Below are positions 46,701 through 61,300 of a stretch of 64,000 nt of DNA, one piece after another. Each line of letters starts with the position of its first letter. Position 1 is the stretch's first letter. Made by a program: the position numbers and the translations under genes. The notes under the pieces are model-generated. The model did no database searches. It had not been told where the DNA came from and saw nothing but the letters and a program-made list of their open reading frames with translations. The stretch covers positions 13,298,633 to 13,362,632 of the forward strand of contig OZ037769.1 of assembly GCA_964035545.1 (NCBI GenBank), given 5' to 3'. This DNA comes from Bugula neritina (Eukaryota > Animalia > Bryozoa).

Positions 46701-49700
46701 ATTCTCTCTTCATTTAACGCTTTGTTTTATAATTACTGCTAGTACCCACCTATAATTTTTGTGATTGTGCTTAAAGTTTAGTTTTTTTTTGCTTGATTTT
46801 ATTTTCGCTTTGCATCATGCACTCCTTCTTTCACACCTGTGATTGGCTATGCTTCCACCTGCACTCTCTTACATAATACTTATGCAGCCATCACTTCTTT
46901 GCCATAGAAAGTGTTCATATAAACATTATAATGTGCTCCCTAAAGAACAGACTGTGTAAAGTCTAGCTGTTGCTAATGTATAGATATTGGGAAAGGCATA
47001 TTTGTGGGAGGTTATATCTACCATTTCAACCAAAAGATTGGACGGGTATATACTGTAGAGGGGTTAATGATCAGTAACCAAAAGAGCGTAGGGTTTATAC
47101 TGTAGAAAATGTGACTTTCATTGCAAGTAACCAGATTATGTACGTGAATTTGCTTCACGCTTCCATGAATCATCTCCAATGCATTAAGTTACCCCATGAA
47201 TCAATAGTGTAAAAGAACTTCTTGGCATATCTTGGTAATAATCTTGATTGACTGCACAATCTAATGGGTAAATTATGAAATTCCTTTTCGACTAAATTAT
47301 TAAGTGATTTTTAGTTAGACTCCTGGGAGCTTTCGAGTTTATTGAATTCTTAAGCTGATGTTTGTTCTATCCCACAATTCTCTGCCATTGCTCTCTCTTC
47401 TGCTTCTCTTCCTCCTGTACGCTAATTTCTATGATTTCTCAAGTAGACTGAGCACCTCGACATCATGGTTCACTTGTGCGCTGTTAGAGCTCAGTCTATT
47501 CAGCACCCGCTTGTCCTAATTTTGCTGCACTATTCTGTATGGGTATGTTTTCAGTCGCCTCACACCTTGTTAATATTCCTCCCTCTGCTGCTGCTGCTGC
47601 CGGCAATACAGTAGACGCTGTCACAGCGGGCGATGGAGCTGAAGACAATGAAGCACTCAATGACCTTGAAGAGGCAAATAGAACCGTAGAGGTCAGTGGA
47701 AACTTCCAGAAAGAGGAATCGGGAGAAGAAAGTGGCAAGTCAAGTGATCATATCACTGACCCCACGTGTAAGAATGATGCTGATTGGTCAGCTACGGAGC
47801 TAGTAGCTTCAGCTGAAGATGTCAATGACCAGGTAGTTGGTGTGAATACTGATTGTGCTGAAGACATCAAGGAGGTCACAGCAGAACAAGTTTTAGTTGA
47901 AGCGAGTGTTTCAGCTACTGAAGAGGTTGTTGAGGCTGCTGAAGAGGTTGTTGAGGCTGCTGAAGAGGTTATTGAGACTGTTGAAGATGTCAAGGTTGTT
48001 GACGATGACTCTGAACTCGCTGCTTCCCCTGACCCTGAGGTGAGAGTGGCAGCTGAGGAGCCCCAGACTGAGTCTAGAGAAGGGAGTGAAGGAAATGGTG
48101 AAGAGACAGTAGAGAAGGTTCCAGAAGCCGCGTTGCCAGAAGCTAATGAAGGTGAAAGTGTAAACAACCCTGAAGCATTTGTGGATATGAAGGCAGAGAT
48201 TGAGGAAGAGAAGGAATCTAGTGATGCTGCCTCTACTGAAGCTGGTCCAGTAGAAGACTCTCTGAGTGACTCCGCACCGGATGACATCATTATTTCAGCT
48301 GTCGGTGCTGGAAAGGATAGTAAGTGGCTGTAGAAGGTTCTGGACTATTTGTCTAACGGCTCTGAGGTCATGTCTGCTGGTAGTGTTTCTATACCAAACT
48401 GACCAGTAGAGTTGTTATGCTGGTGTAGGTCACATGTTTTCACACTCTACTCTCTACTTTGTATGACTAAAAGGACTTGCGTGTTGTCCTGTCTTATCAA
48501 TGTTGGGAGGTCAAACTAATCATGCTGATTTTTATCAAGGGTTGTTTACTCCTTGCTACTAACTTGTTTTGCTTTTACCCGCTCCTAAAGCTCGCTGGTA
48601 GTTATTGCGTGACGGCTTTTGCTTGATTATTTCCTTTTTCAGTTATTTTTAACTGAGCAGCTTATACACATTTAGGAGCAGTAGTTGACAAATTGAGATA
48701 GCCCAAGTTCTTAAATTTTATTATAAAGTTTTGGTTTGGGGGCTTGGGTTGAAATTTTTATGAGAACATAACTTTCTTTGCTACATTGTTAATATAGAAC
48801 ACAGGCTTTTCTCAATTTCTCCATTACTGCACCTACCTCCTATTACATGCCATATATGTAGTTATGACAATTTTTGTGAATGCAACACCCAACTTTAGAC
48901 AGCTACACAGACTTGAGTGAAGGTTATTAGTGTGGTGCATGCTGTTACCCACCCGACACGGTCCTGTTAACCTTTAGAACTCCTGTCTGGTCTGTGCTGG
49001 GACAGATTTGTGGTTAGTTGGCTTGTGCTATGGCTTTGCTTATACATTGCATGACTCTATGGTAACCCCTGTTGCTATAATCCTCCTTTTATTATCATTT
49101 ATAGCCTATTTGAATGTCTCTGTGTGCCTTAATGTATTAAACTGTCTGCCATATCAGTTGGTTCTTAAGCAATATATGTGTAAAAGTAAACTGAATATGT
49201 TATAAATGCTTGGCAATATGGCCGATTGAAACTTGAAGAAATGTTCTTGACCCACAGTGTTAACAAGATTAGCAGATTTCGTCCAGCTAACTTCTCACTA
49301 AATCATTTGCCCTTGACCTTTATCACACGACGTCTTTCTCATGGTGGTAGGTAAGCCAGAGCGACCTCCAGTCTCACCTGCTGTCACTAAAAAGTGGAAC
49401 AACAATGATGTTAGTAAAGCAGGTAATGGTGTGTTGTCTTCCCCTGAACCTAGTGCTGTAGTGATGAGGCAAAGAGAGAATAAATCCAAATCTTCACGAC
49501 GAGCCGTCACAGCTGTACATGGTAAGGTATCTTGCATTTACTGATAGTTTTGTGATGTTATACAATATATTTGTAGACATGTTTAGCTAGTAGTAGTACT
49601 AGTAGTAGTGGTAGTAGCAGTGGTAATGATGAGAAATGTGTATTCTAGGTATTGGCAAAGCATCTATGAAGTCTACAATATCCACCATTTTAGTATGTTA

Positions 49701-52700
49701 ATATTATATACTGTATGTGGTGTAATAGTAGCAATGCATTCTAGATTATACTATCAATATACTTGTATACTATTGCCCACACTCTCATCATATCCCTAAT
49801 CTTCACACAATTGCTATGAATATTCAAATGTTATATGACTCAACGTTCAGTTGTTATCAATTAACGTTATTGGTTGTCCTGCCCTGTTGTATTTCCTAGT
49901 ATTCCAATACGTAATGCATGACAGATATAAAATATTCGTCACAACAACTTTGTTTGGAACATGCTTTAGCCATGAGTTCCCATTATTCAACCTCTAGCCC
50001 TTCTCACCTCTTCAAATGTGTGATACGGCATTTAATATGCTAGCATTGATTGGTGTCAGCCAGTATTATGATCGCCACAGTTGACTGACTTTGACTCTTT
50101 CCGAAGTTCCAATCCTCTGAAGTCATGAGCCATTACTTTAATTTTTATGTCCTTTTTTAAAAATATTTTGCATTTTTTTCACGTTTGCCTAACCATCCAT
50201 GCTATTTTTCTGAATTCTTTTCTAGCCTTGTAATTCCTTAATAAAGTTTGGCACGTTGTGATGAGCACCCTTATGTAGTGGGAAAATCACAGTTTACAAA
50301 TGGCTCTGTTTTGTTACATTATAATATATTTTCATGCAGGCTAATTCTTTGTATTTTTGACTGTTAGATTCTAAATCTAATTTCCATGAAAGTCATGAAA
50401 ACATAACTCCACCGCCACCCAAGCCCGCCCGGCAGTCTACTATTGTGACAGCAGCGCCTGAGGCTAAGAATAGTTGGGAGAATGCTCTAGAAAGTTGGTC
50501 AGACAAACGGAAAGAACAGCGTAGCACTTGGTACAAGACTGAGACATACCCTGCAGGTATAATACAATCAGAGTGCATCTGTAGACAGAGTTGACCTGTA
50601 GACAGAGTTGATCTGTAGACAGTGTTGATCTGTAGACAGTTGTTGTGAAAGAGTTGGTAAGAAAATGGCTGTTTTGTGACACTAAACGGTACTTTGCTTT
50701 TCATATCATGATTCATAGTTATAAATAGACTGTAAAATATACAGAAGAATATAAGGTCTCTCTAACAGATTTTCATGTGTAAAGTTCCAGTCCAGCATAC
50801 AGACTTCACACCTTCTAACCTGTTATTTTTTAAATCGTATTATCTATGTGTACTCTGTTGGCGGATATGTACCAGAAACCAGAAGTAATTTGAAGTATTC
50901 TATTTCTAGGTTGTCATTGATTAAATAAGCTCAGTATTATAATATGCATAGCCACATGTATATACATATAGTGAGTATATTTTACCTTAATCCTTTCCAT
51001 CAGCTATGTGTTGTTGAACTAGTTCATCTCCTTTTCTACTGCACATTTGTTTAGCCGGCTTTCACTAAGCACTCATCAACTATTTGCTATACTATGACCT
51101 GACTAATATTATACTAGTCATAGATATTATACAGTAAACCGAGTTCGGGGCGTAACTTCACCCCCTCGTCACTAGTGCATGCGGCTGCTGAGGTTTTAAG
51201 CTATGTTTTAATCATCTAACACCAACAGCAGTTTAGAGCACATTTGGTGGGTTGACCAGCACGCTCAGGAGCTGCTAAGGATTATGGGTACTCCATGTTT
51301 CCTGGTTTTATACATCCTGCTGCTTTGGTTTTTGTGTTGACATAGAATAGTGTAGAGAAAAAAATTCTAGAAACAAATTATCAGGAGCCATTTATAACCT
51401 AGATATCTTTATATCAATCTTCTTAAAAATCTAGCGAAAAAGTGTTTTTTCAAATGCTTTCAACTATATTTTTATATATGAAAAGCTATTGGCAGAGTAA
51501 AGGTTCTGTCTATTTTAGTTTTGTGTTTTTTGACACTTACGTAGACTCCAGAATTCTCCCAACAGCTCACGCACTGTTATTTATTTAGACTTTTTCTAGA
51601 TGTGACATGATTGTTCTGATTCGCTGTTTGGTGAGCTCCTATTTTGTCATCGTAGAACATAACCCTTTTGGTGATGAGGACGCCGAGGAGGAACAGGAAG
51701 TCAGGGGAGATAACCAGAAAAACTCTGACTACGATGAATCTCTAAACCCTTTTGCTGATGACCTTGACGAAAGTGAAAAGGTCGAACTTGGCGACCAGCA
51801 GGCAAATACAGACACAAATACTGATACTCCCTTACGGAAGAAGATAATTCCCTCGAATCCCTTTGAATCTAGTGATGAAGACGAAGTCCCTTCTTTAGAC
51901 AACCGTAAAATCATTCCAGAGCAAATACCCGTAGCAAAATCAAAAGACACTCAAAATACCAAAAGACTGTCTGAAACTGGCAGCAAGAGAGCCACGCCCA
52001 AAAAGAAAGCGGCTCCGCCTCCACCACAAACTCCTCCCACATCTACACAAACTCCTCCCACATCTACACAAACTCCTCCCACATCTACACAATCTCAACC
52101 TTTAGACTCTACCACAGCTCAAACGGAGCAGCTCGACAAGTCTGCTGAAATATTTATAACAGAGCCAGAAGTCAACGAGGACGCAAAAAGCGCAGACGTG
52201 CAGAAGAAGAAACACAGACCAGCTCCGCCGCGGCCTCTGCCTCCTAAACGTCGGGTACGTACCAGTAAACTTGGCTGCTTTCTAAATTGCACTGCAAGGC
52301 CTGAGGCTAAGAAGGTAGAATCGAGACTCAGTAGTCAGAGCTCTCTGCTTTGGAAGTACTGATTGTTGGCTGTTGCAATTCATGTGCTTGTGTTGCTGAG
52401 TCGGTGTGGCGCATCTTATAGAATGCTAGCCTAAAGTGTAAACTGGCCTTTTGGAATATATTTTTCTTAAAAGTTAAAAGTTATTTTGCTTCTAAGTTTG
52501 TGATTGGCTGATTATTAGATAAGATAGTGATTGGTTGGAGAATCGTGCCTTTTGTGTAAAGTGCTACTTTTGAGTGAGCGACTTATGTACTGCTTCAGGA
52601 TGACTTAGTTTTTCTAAATAAAGTGATTTTTAACATCCATAAATGGGACATGCACCAACAGTAACCTCTTTTCTATATTTATCTAAAATTGCTTTAATTT

Positions 52701-55700
52701 TCACTGCAATTACCTGCTTTATGCAACATAGTATGTGGTACACTTATCCACAAATACTCACTCACACATATTTACACTACTTGTTTTCCATTAAAATTAT
52801 TTTCATCGAATTTGTCTTCCCTGTGTTTGTTGATGTCCCTGTTAAATATGTTGTTAAATCGTCCACCACCCTGCAAGCTTAGACTTAGGTATTTAAGATT
52901 TAATTGAAAAAATTCCCCAGTCTATTCTTTTAGACTAATTTGAAAAGGCAATTTTTGCTAATTGCAGATAGAATAAACACTCATATTTGTTGCATGAGAA
53001 AATTACTGCAACATTTTCAGACTAATAATACCACATTTGCTTGCATCTGCTTTAGTTTTCATGTGGGTTAAAAATATTTCCTTGTTCATGTGTTTCTCTG
53101 TTTCTGTGGTACTGTTTGTGATTTACTGTAAGCCGCCAATTCTCTTCTTTTATCCAGATTTATCCAGTTTTTCAGCTCTCCGTCTAGCGACACTCTAGTG
53201 TTGGTAGAAAGGAGAGTTGTGCCCCCTCTGGTAATATCTGACCGCTAATATGTTGGCTCTATCATATATTTCTATTATTTCTTATACCTTAACGGTTTAC
53301 GGGACTCTATACTTAACTCTCTGCAATATAGCTATGTTTTATTATGATACTCAGTCTACGGTTGTACCGTAATGCAAATGTGCCCATCTTTTATACTATA
53401 CAAAAAATAAAGTATATTCTATTATTTTTTACTGGATTTTAATATTTTTAATGTGCTATTTTTATTCTGGGAATTTAGATTTGAAGCTGTATCTATGGAT
53501 TTAATCCTTATTTTCCATTCAATAAAGTTGATATACCTAACTTATTTATGACCTAGCAATTTGTTGTGAAATTCAAATATGGGTTGTTTTTGATCACCCC
53601 TTGTGCTGCCCATCTCAAAGTTGAACTCTAAGGTTGACACCATAGAAAAGGTTGGTGATTGCTGCTGTTTGCTGCCAACTAACTGACGCTGCCGGATACT
53701 CATGCCTGGTCTAACTGAAACAACCCTAAACCTGCTATTATTGGAGTGAAAGTTTTGAAATGAAATTTATTGGTCTACAAAAATTTGGGTGCTTTTTGGT
53801 CAGCGTAATTTGATTTCCAACCATTTTCTTCTTGTGTGGCATTACTAACAACTCTCTCTGTGTGGGCGTGTCTCTGTATATCTGTACTAATGCTACTAGC
53901 TAACCATTACTCGCTACTGCTACCATCTCTTTATGCTGTGTTGTGGACAGGTTTTCTCTAAGAGTTTGTAAAATTAGTAGTAAGTATTACACAAAAGGCA
54001 TGAACTTCTTCAAAGAAACTGCATGGTTTACTGATATTGTGAGCCTCTCCTTATTTTCCAACTCTGCAGTACCAACACTACTTCTAGGTTCATCATAGTA
54101 TTGTTCTATGTAGATTACCCATTTACCATTTCATATTTCAATAATGTGTTATGCTGTGCTCAAAATCAAGCATTTTAATTGTAAAAATTGATTTTTTTTT
54201 TCTTGGCAAGCTTTTTCATAACAAATTCTGCGTTACATTCTTTTGAATTTATAGTGTTTGTTGTGCCATAATGCGGAATTTTCAACAATAGAAATCAACC
54301 TTATAAATTGTTGTTAGTTTTAACAAAAGTTATTCTTATTTTAGTCATTTTTCATCATTCTCTTCTACCACCATCTGTTACATTCTGTCTACCATCTCTC
54401 AGGTACAATCAGAATATGGACTGCAGCCTGAAGATATAGACAGGGAGTTGGCTTCTCTTGATGTTAAACAACAGGAACTTGAAGACAGGGGAAGACAACT
54501 GGAGCAGGCTATTAGAACTGGTAACTCTAACATATATTGGTTATACGGTGCTTCCTCCATATCTCACTGAGCTACGGGTCCTGAAACCTCAATCCATGAC
54601 ACCAGATTTAACTCACGGGTTCATTAAAATCGGTCATTTTGCCTATACACACATACATAAGCCACAAAACGAGTTCAAGCCTTTTTCGTTACCTTTGAAG
54701 TTTCGTGAGATCTGTAACCGTGAGATATAGAGGGGGCACTGTATACTTGTTTACTGTGATGTCAATGAGTATTAAAATGCATCTCGCATATTGTTAGCAA
54801 TTTTGAGAGTTGTGTTCTCTGGTCATGTAAGCAGACAATTCCTAAATTGAGACACATTCGCGATTGCTATATGAATTATATATTTGTGTAGATCCTTATT
54901 TTTAGAATAATAAAAAAAGTTCTTTGCATTTAGTAGTTGTCCAGCATGCAATATGCTGAGTGCACATCTATTGTTCCAGCACACTCTGTGCTCTAATGAC
55001 TATGTACTGTACTCAACTATCTAGTTAACTATCACAGTATGTACTCTCTCTGTTACTAAGAACTCCTTCACTATCACAGTATGTACTCACTCTGTTACTA
55101 ACAACTAGTCAGTTCACTATCACAGTATGTACTCACTCTGTTACTAACAACTATTTCACTATCACAATATGTACTCACTCTGTTACTAACAACTATTTCA
55201 CTACCACAGTATGTACTCACTCTGTTACTAACAACTATTTCACTATCACAATATGTACTCACTCTGTTACTAACAACTATTTCACTACCACAGTATGTAC
55301 TCACTCTGTTACTAACAACTATTTCACTACCACAGTATGTACTCACTCTGTTACTAACAACTCCTTCACTATCACAGTATGTACTCACTCTGTTTTGAAA
55401 TAGCTGAGAAAGCTGCTGCCGACACCAACGAGTCGTTGAGTGAAAACGACGAGCTGCTCTCGAGTTGGCTGGAGACGATCAACGAGAAGAATCAGTTGGT
55501 GAGAAGAGAGTCAGAGCTCATGTTCATGTGAGTCACTCATGAGTCAGTTTGTAGTGATTTATGACTCAGTTAGTAGTTAGTTATCAGTCATTTGGTAGTT
55601 ATTCATCAGTCAGTTGCTAGTAACTTATCAGTCAGTTGTTAGTTATTCATTAGTCAGTTTTGTAGTTTGTCACTCATAGCTATTCAGTAGTTACTTATTC

Positions 55701-58249
55701 TTTTGTTAAGTTGCTGAAATTGTTCACTAGGCAGTTGTTTATCAGTAGTTAATAGTTAGTGATTGTTAGTTACTTTCTGTCAGTAACTACACTGTCGATT
55801 GCTGTGGGAGTGGTAGTCAGTGAGCAGTACTTGGTTGTTGGTATGTAGCAGAAACTAGTGTCAGCTGGTAGTAAATTGTGTTGATTAAAGTAAGTTACTG
55901 ATATATATAAGTTTCAAGTTGATAATTGAGTGTTTTTGTTTTTATTAATCACTAAATATTGGTACCTATCATAGTTATAGTAATTTATTCAAGTTATAAT
56001 GTAAGCAAATTGTAAGAACATGTAGAGAAGATGATTTCTAATAATTTTCAACTCGTTCAATATATGAATACAATTTCATTTCAGTGATCAATTAAATAAT
56101 TGTAGTATCACTACAAAAAGATAGAAATTTATTTGCTCACCAGCATAATAACTTCATAAAATATGTAGCTCAATAACACCTTGTAAGATATGTTAAAGCT
56201 GATAGCATAAATCAAGCTGCTCCTATATTATGTGCCTTATCCATACTCATTTATATTTTGGATGGAGGGTGGCAAAGTATTTTAACAGCCAATCTAACTG
56301 TCTGAATTTTAAGTGCTTTGTGTTGTGAACTTTTTTATGGCTTTGAAAAGTAATATTAAAATATAATACGGTAGTAGTATAAAAGTAATAATATAGTATA
56401 ATATAGTGGTAGTAAAAAGTAATATTATAGAATAATATAATAATAGCATTAAGATAATATTGTATAATATAGTAATAGTGAAAAACTAGTATTATAGTAT
56501 AATTTTGTAGTAGTATAAAGTTAATCTTAAAGTATAATAATATAGTAGTAGTATAAAAGTAATATTATAGTATAACTTTGTATACCAAAAGTGATATTAT
56601 AGTACACTGATAGTTTATATTTTCCCACTCAGTCCCAGAGTTGACTAGAAGTAACTCAGTAACAATATTTATGGGTTCACTTTTGTGTTTCCCTTACTTA
56701 GCTCTTCTGTCTACTTGAGTTACATGAATAATTCAGCTAAATTGAGAAGCCCTCAAGTTTGTTTGTTGTGCTAAACAGAGTTTGTGGAATTCATCTCGCA
56801 AGTCCCGTTACTATTACCAAATTCCCGGATCTCTTTTTCTCGGTTTTGTCTGGCAAAAACTAGAATTTGTTGTTCTTATTGTACCGGGATTTTTCCTCAA
56901 GTATTGTTGGCCCATTTCCATGAATAAGGTTTGTGGTAACCTCAATAGCAGTACTCAAGTACTAATAGTTCCGTTGACCGAATTAAAGTTGGCAATGACC
57001 TTTAAAGCTTAATGGCGGGTTTTAAGATTTTCGCTGTCAGTTTAAATTTTTAATGACTGCCACTAAATATTTATTATCTTTTGATAACTGTTAATATAAT
57101 TATCTTTGCTCTTTATTAAATGACCAATATACTCATCAATTTTGCTCAAAAATTTCAACAGCAGGGGATGAATCATTCCATATTGGGTCCATCAGCTGCA
57201 TTTGGCAACGTGCCAGCTGATGTCAATAACTGTGTTAGTGTTGACATGCTGCCAGACAGGTTAGCTGCCGAATCATATGTTGTGTACATCTTTTAATGGC
57301 CAAGTACTTGTAATAAACTATTGAAATAGGGATGAGCAACTAATATAAAGTTGTCTGCCCATGTCAATGACTTGCTAGTTGGTTTATTAAGCATAAAATC
57401 TAGCACATTTTGTTTTTAATTATCTAATAAATTTTCAGTAGTAGTTTTTTTGTCAAAAATCTAAATTCTATTCATACATTGCTTGCTGTGAAATTGTGAA
57501 GGAAATGTAATTCAACTGTCCTTTAAAGTTTAAACTTTAAATACACTCCTAATAGGTGTTGAATAAGTAAAATTTCATCAACTATTTCTGTTGGCTTTAG
57601 AGCGTTGTTAACTCCCAGTTATAGTTACTATTCGTTTCTGAACTTGGTTAGGATTTCGAAATACTGCCTATATGATGGTCTATTACAACTACATTACTAT
57701 ATACACTAGTAATATGATATTCCATACTATATACACTAGTAGTATACTTTTCTATGCTATATATGCTAGTAATATACTTTTCTATATTATAATATATACC
57801 CAAGTACTTTACTATTTTGTCCTACATACGCTAGTATTATGCTAGTCTATACTATATATAGTATATACACTATAGTATTATGCTAGTCTATACTATATCA
57901 TAAACTTTATTACTTTGTTTATTAAACACATTAAAACATAGTCTGGCGGCTGTATAATGGATATAGTGCATTAGAACTTTTGACACCGGCTGAATTGTCT
58001 ACTGTAAATGTTGGATGCTAGACTAAACAGTATATAACTGCTGCGTGCACTCAGTGGAATTTGGTCAGTTTATCTGTTTATTCATGTCCAAATGGCTGCT
58101 GTTTACTGTTATGAGAAATAGATTCAATTTTTTAAGTTTCTCTGAAACTTACAAAATAGTCTTTCTCTATGTTTGTCTTGTTTTATTTGCTGTTGTGGTA
58201 AATAGTGTCTTAGAAATTAGTGGATAAAAATAGGAATGTGACATATTTA

Positions 58250-58346
<97 letters not shown>

Positions 58347-61300
58347 TCATCTTTTGACAGAGCTCAATTAACAAACATTCTCAACATTACATATTCCATC
58401 AAGATTTTATAGTTATATTGTTCCAGGAATTTCTGAGCTAATAATCCTACGCAAACTAGGAGTGAACTTTGTGCCAATTGTTGATTGATTTAAAAGATGG
58501 TAAACTGTGGTCCTGCCCACTGTTTCTTCCGGTGTTGGGGTCATTAAATCTGATTTTCTGGGCTGGTTGGCACGACTCCAAACCCTACCACAAGCAACAC
58601 TCACGCCATAGGTCCAGTGCAGTTGATCTGGCATCTATTACTATACAATTATTGATTTAACACCAGCCATTCTCTTGATTCACAATTATCATAATAATAA
58701 TTAGGGGCATGAAGTCCAAATCTCATTGTTATGGTTTTGAAAAGGCCTCATACTGATAGGTAAGGTTTTCTTAGAACATTTGTTTATGTTGTTATTGTGG
58801 GATGTAATTCGGCTTGCCCTCTCTGGTGGTTTGGTGAATATTTTCCTTTCCCCTCTGTAGTGGGCTCAGTTGTATAACCTGAAAATGTTCGCATCCGGTT
58901 TAGTGCCATAGAAAAAGGGGAGATTACTCCACTTTTGTGAATTGAATGCCAAACAGCAATGTGTTATATTGTTCTTTTATGGAAGAATGTCCTGTGAGAT
59001 TTATCTATTTTCACTGCTATATATGTACATAAATTGAGTAGTGAAATATTAAATTTAATGTTTTATTTTTCTATTTTCATCATTTAAAATATGGTAAAAT
59101 TGTATTTTTATTATTTTGTGGAATATTTTATGCTGTAAGTTAATGCTGTAGAGTGTAGGGAAATGGTAAAGTGTCAGCAGTTACATAAGAGGGGTAAAAA
59201 ATTAAGTTTGTAAGAGTTTTGATTTCAGACTAATCAATGCTTCACAATGTTATTACGTTGCTATCTAGTTAATCACTATGATGTAATGAGCTAGGTAGAC
59301 AACGTAATGACCAGTTGATATAATTAGGTCTAAGGTACGATAGGTGGTCAGTTGGTCTCCATGTCCAGTCTACTGGACAGGAACTATGCCAAGTAATTTA
59401 GCCTCGGGCAGCAGTATCTTGGCTCAAGTCCAGACGAGTTCGTAGAGTGTTTTTTGTTTTGGTTTATTCACCATTGTAACTAGGATCTTCTATCTGTTTC
59501 ATGGTTGTTAACTTATAATATGGGTGTTAACTGAAACAAAATTGTAATATTGTAATAAAAGCTAATAACCGAAATAATTACTTGATAATTATTATTTTCA
59601 ATATTATAACTTTGTAGATCAGTTATGAGATATTGTGAATGAAAGATATTAAATATTGCATTGTCATGGTATTAGCCCGGAAAGTGGTTATTATTATTAG
59701 AGTTTGAACAATTTAGTAATTGTAATTACCTGGTAGATTTATTTCTTTAGATCCAAACATCACGACTTGGAGATGAAACAAGCTGACATTGAGTATGAAC
59801 TGAGGCAGATCATGCACAGAGCAGGTAAGGCAGCAAGCTGACTTCCGCTGAAAATACTTACTATGTTACTCTTACTATGTGACACTTGTACTTACTCTTG
59901 CTACTTGACACTTGTACTTACACTCCACTTACACAGATTTATGACACGCCTACATAGACCCTCGCCACATAAAGTACACCTTGAGATCAAATAAATGCCA
60001 GCAATTTCACCCCAAGGCAGCTTTAGCCAATTCTACCCTTAATTCAGATATCCTATGAATTTGGCTAGATTCTGAGTTGATTTTGGAGTGACATTTTGAA
60101 AATACTAGAATTTCACAAGTGTAGTATACACAGTGCCTAGTTCTCAATGCAGATTATTTGCTTCACGACCACATCTAATATCTAAGCACTAGATTCAGAA
60201 ACTGCTACTTTCAAAGTCTGGGGGGTTTTTGCTTCGCGTGGTAAAAGTCAAAATGCATGATATTTTAATGTAGGGAATTGAAAAAAAATCCAAAATGTCT
60301 CAATCAAAGTTTAGACAAGTCATACGAGCAAGTGTCAGCAAGAGCAGTTGCTGCCTAGTGTTACACAGCCCATAGTTCATGGCTTGTCCTAGCCATTGGT
60401 GATGTCCGGCAATAGTCCTCTTGCCATGTTGGCAGCATATTAAAAGGCAAAGTACATAGTCCACTCACAAACACCTGCCATCAGGGGGTTCTCGCATGGA
60501 TGGAGAATTTATACGAACATCTTCCATAGTACATAGTTTGCAGATCTATGGGGTAGTTAGAAAGAGTATATTTTAATCTCAACAATTCAATTAGTATACT
60601 GGTTCGTCAACCTAATTGAGATATGAACAAACCAAATGTTTTACAAAAAGCCCCAATAATCCCACATGACTTAGCAGTTGCAGTGTAACTAGAAAAGTTC
60701 ACAATCATAACAATGATAATAATATTCATAATAATTTGTGAAGGAGGATATATTGTAAATACATGCATAACAAAACCCCTGTGACAAATGATATCTGGGT
60801 CCCTATAAATACTGCCTTACTTCTTCCTTAGGGATAGATACTCATTAGAGTTGTAGCTCTCACTCCTTTGTGTTCCATAGGGTGGGACAGAGTTCTACTG
60901 TTGGTGATACACGGCCTAGTTGATTCTAGGAATCACTGCAAACCAATAATAATAGCTGCGTGTTTGTCACGAAGGATCAGCTAATCTCATGGCAATTTGT
61001 GGACTAAGTTCAACCCCAGGCCTCAGAATAGTTGCTCCAGGCTCTATTTTAGTCTGCAATGACAATTGTTAGAGTACATGCCTCATGCTTATGTGCTCCT
61101 TCCACTTGAAAGGCTCGCCAATAATGTTCTCTTACTTTTACCACCTTATACACAATAAAGTTTTACCCCATATTGTTGAGCGGTACATGTCTATATGTAG
61201 CACAACCACTTGTGACAGTGTGTCACTTGTTTATCTGTAACACAACCACTTGTGACAGTTTGTTACTTGTTTATTTGTAACACAGCCACATGTGACAGTT

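Noticed and set aside
44337-55388. Minus-strand ORFs within the MICAL-like gene (44498, 44834, 45299, 47748, 51729, 55098 etc.)
   Set aside because: Antisense to low-complexity coding exons or translations of minisatellites
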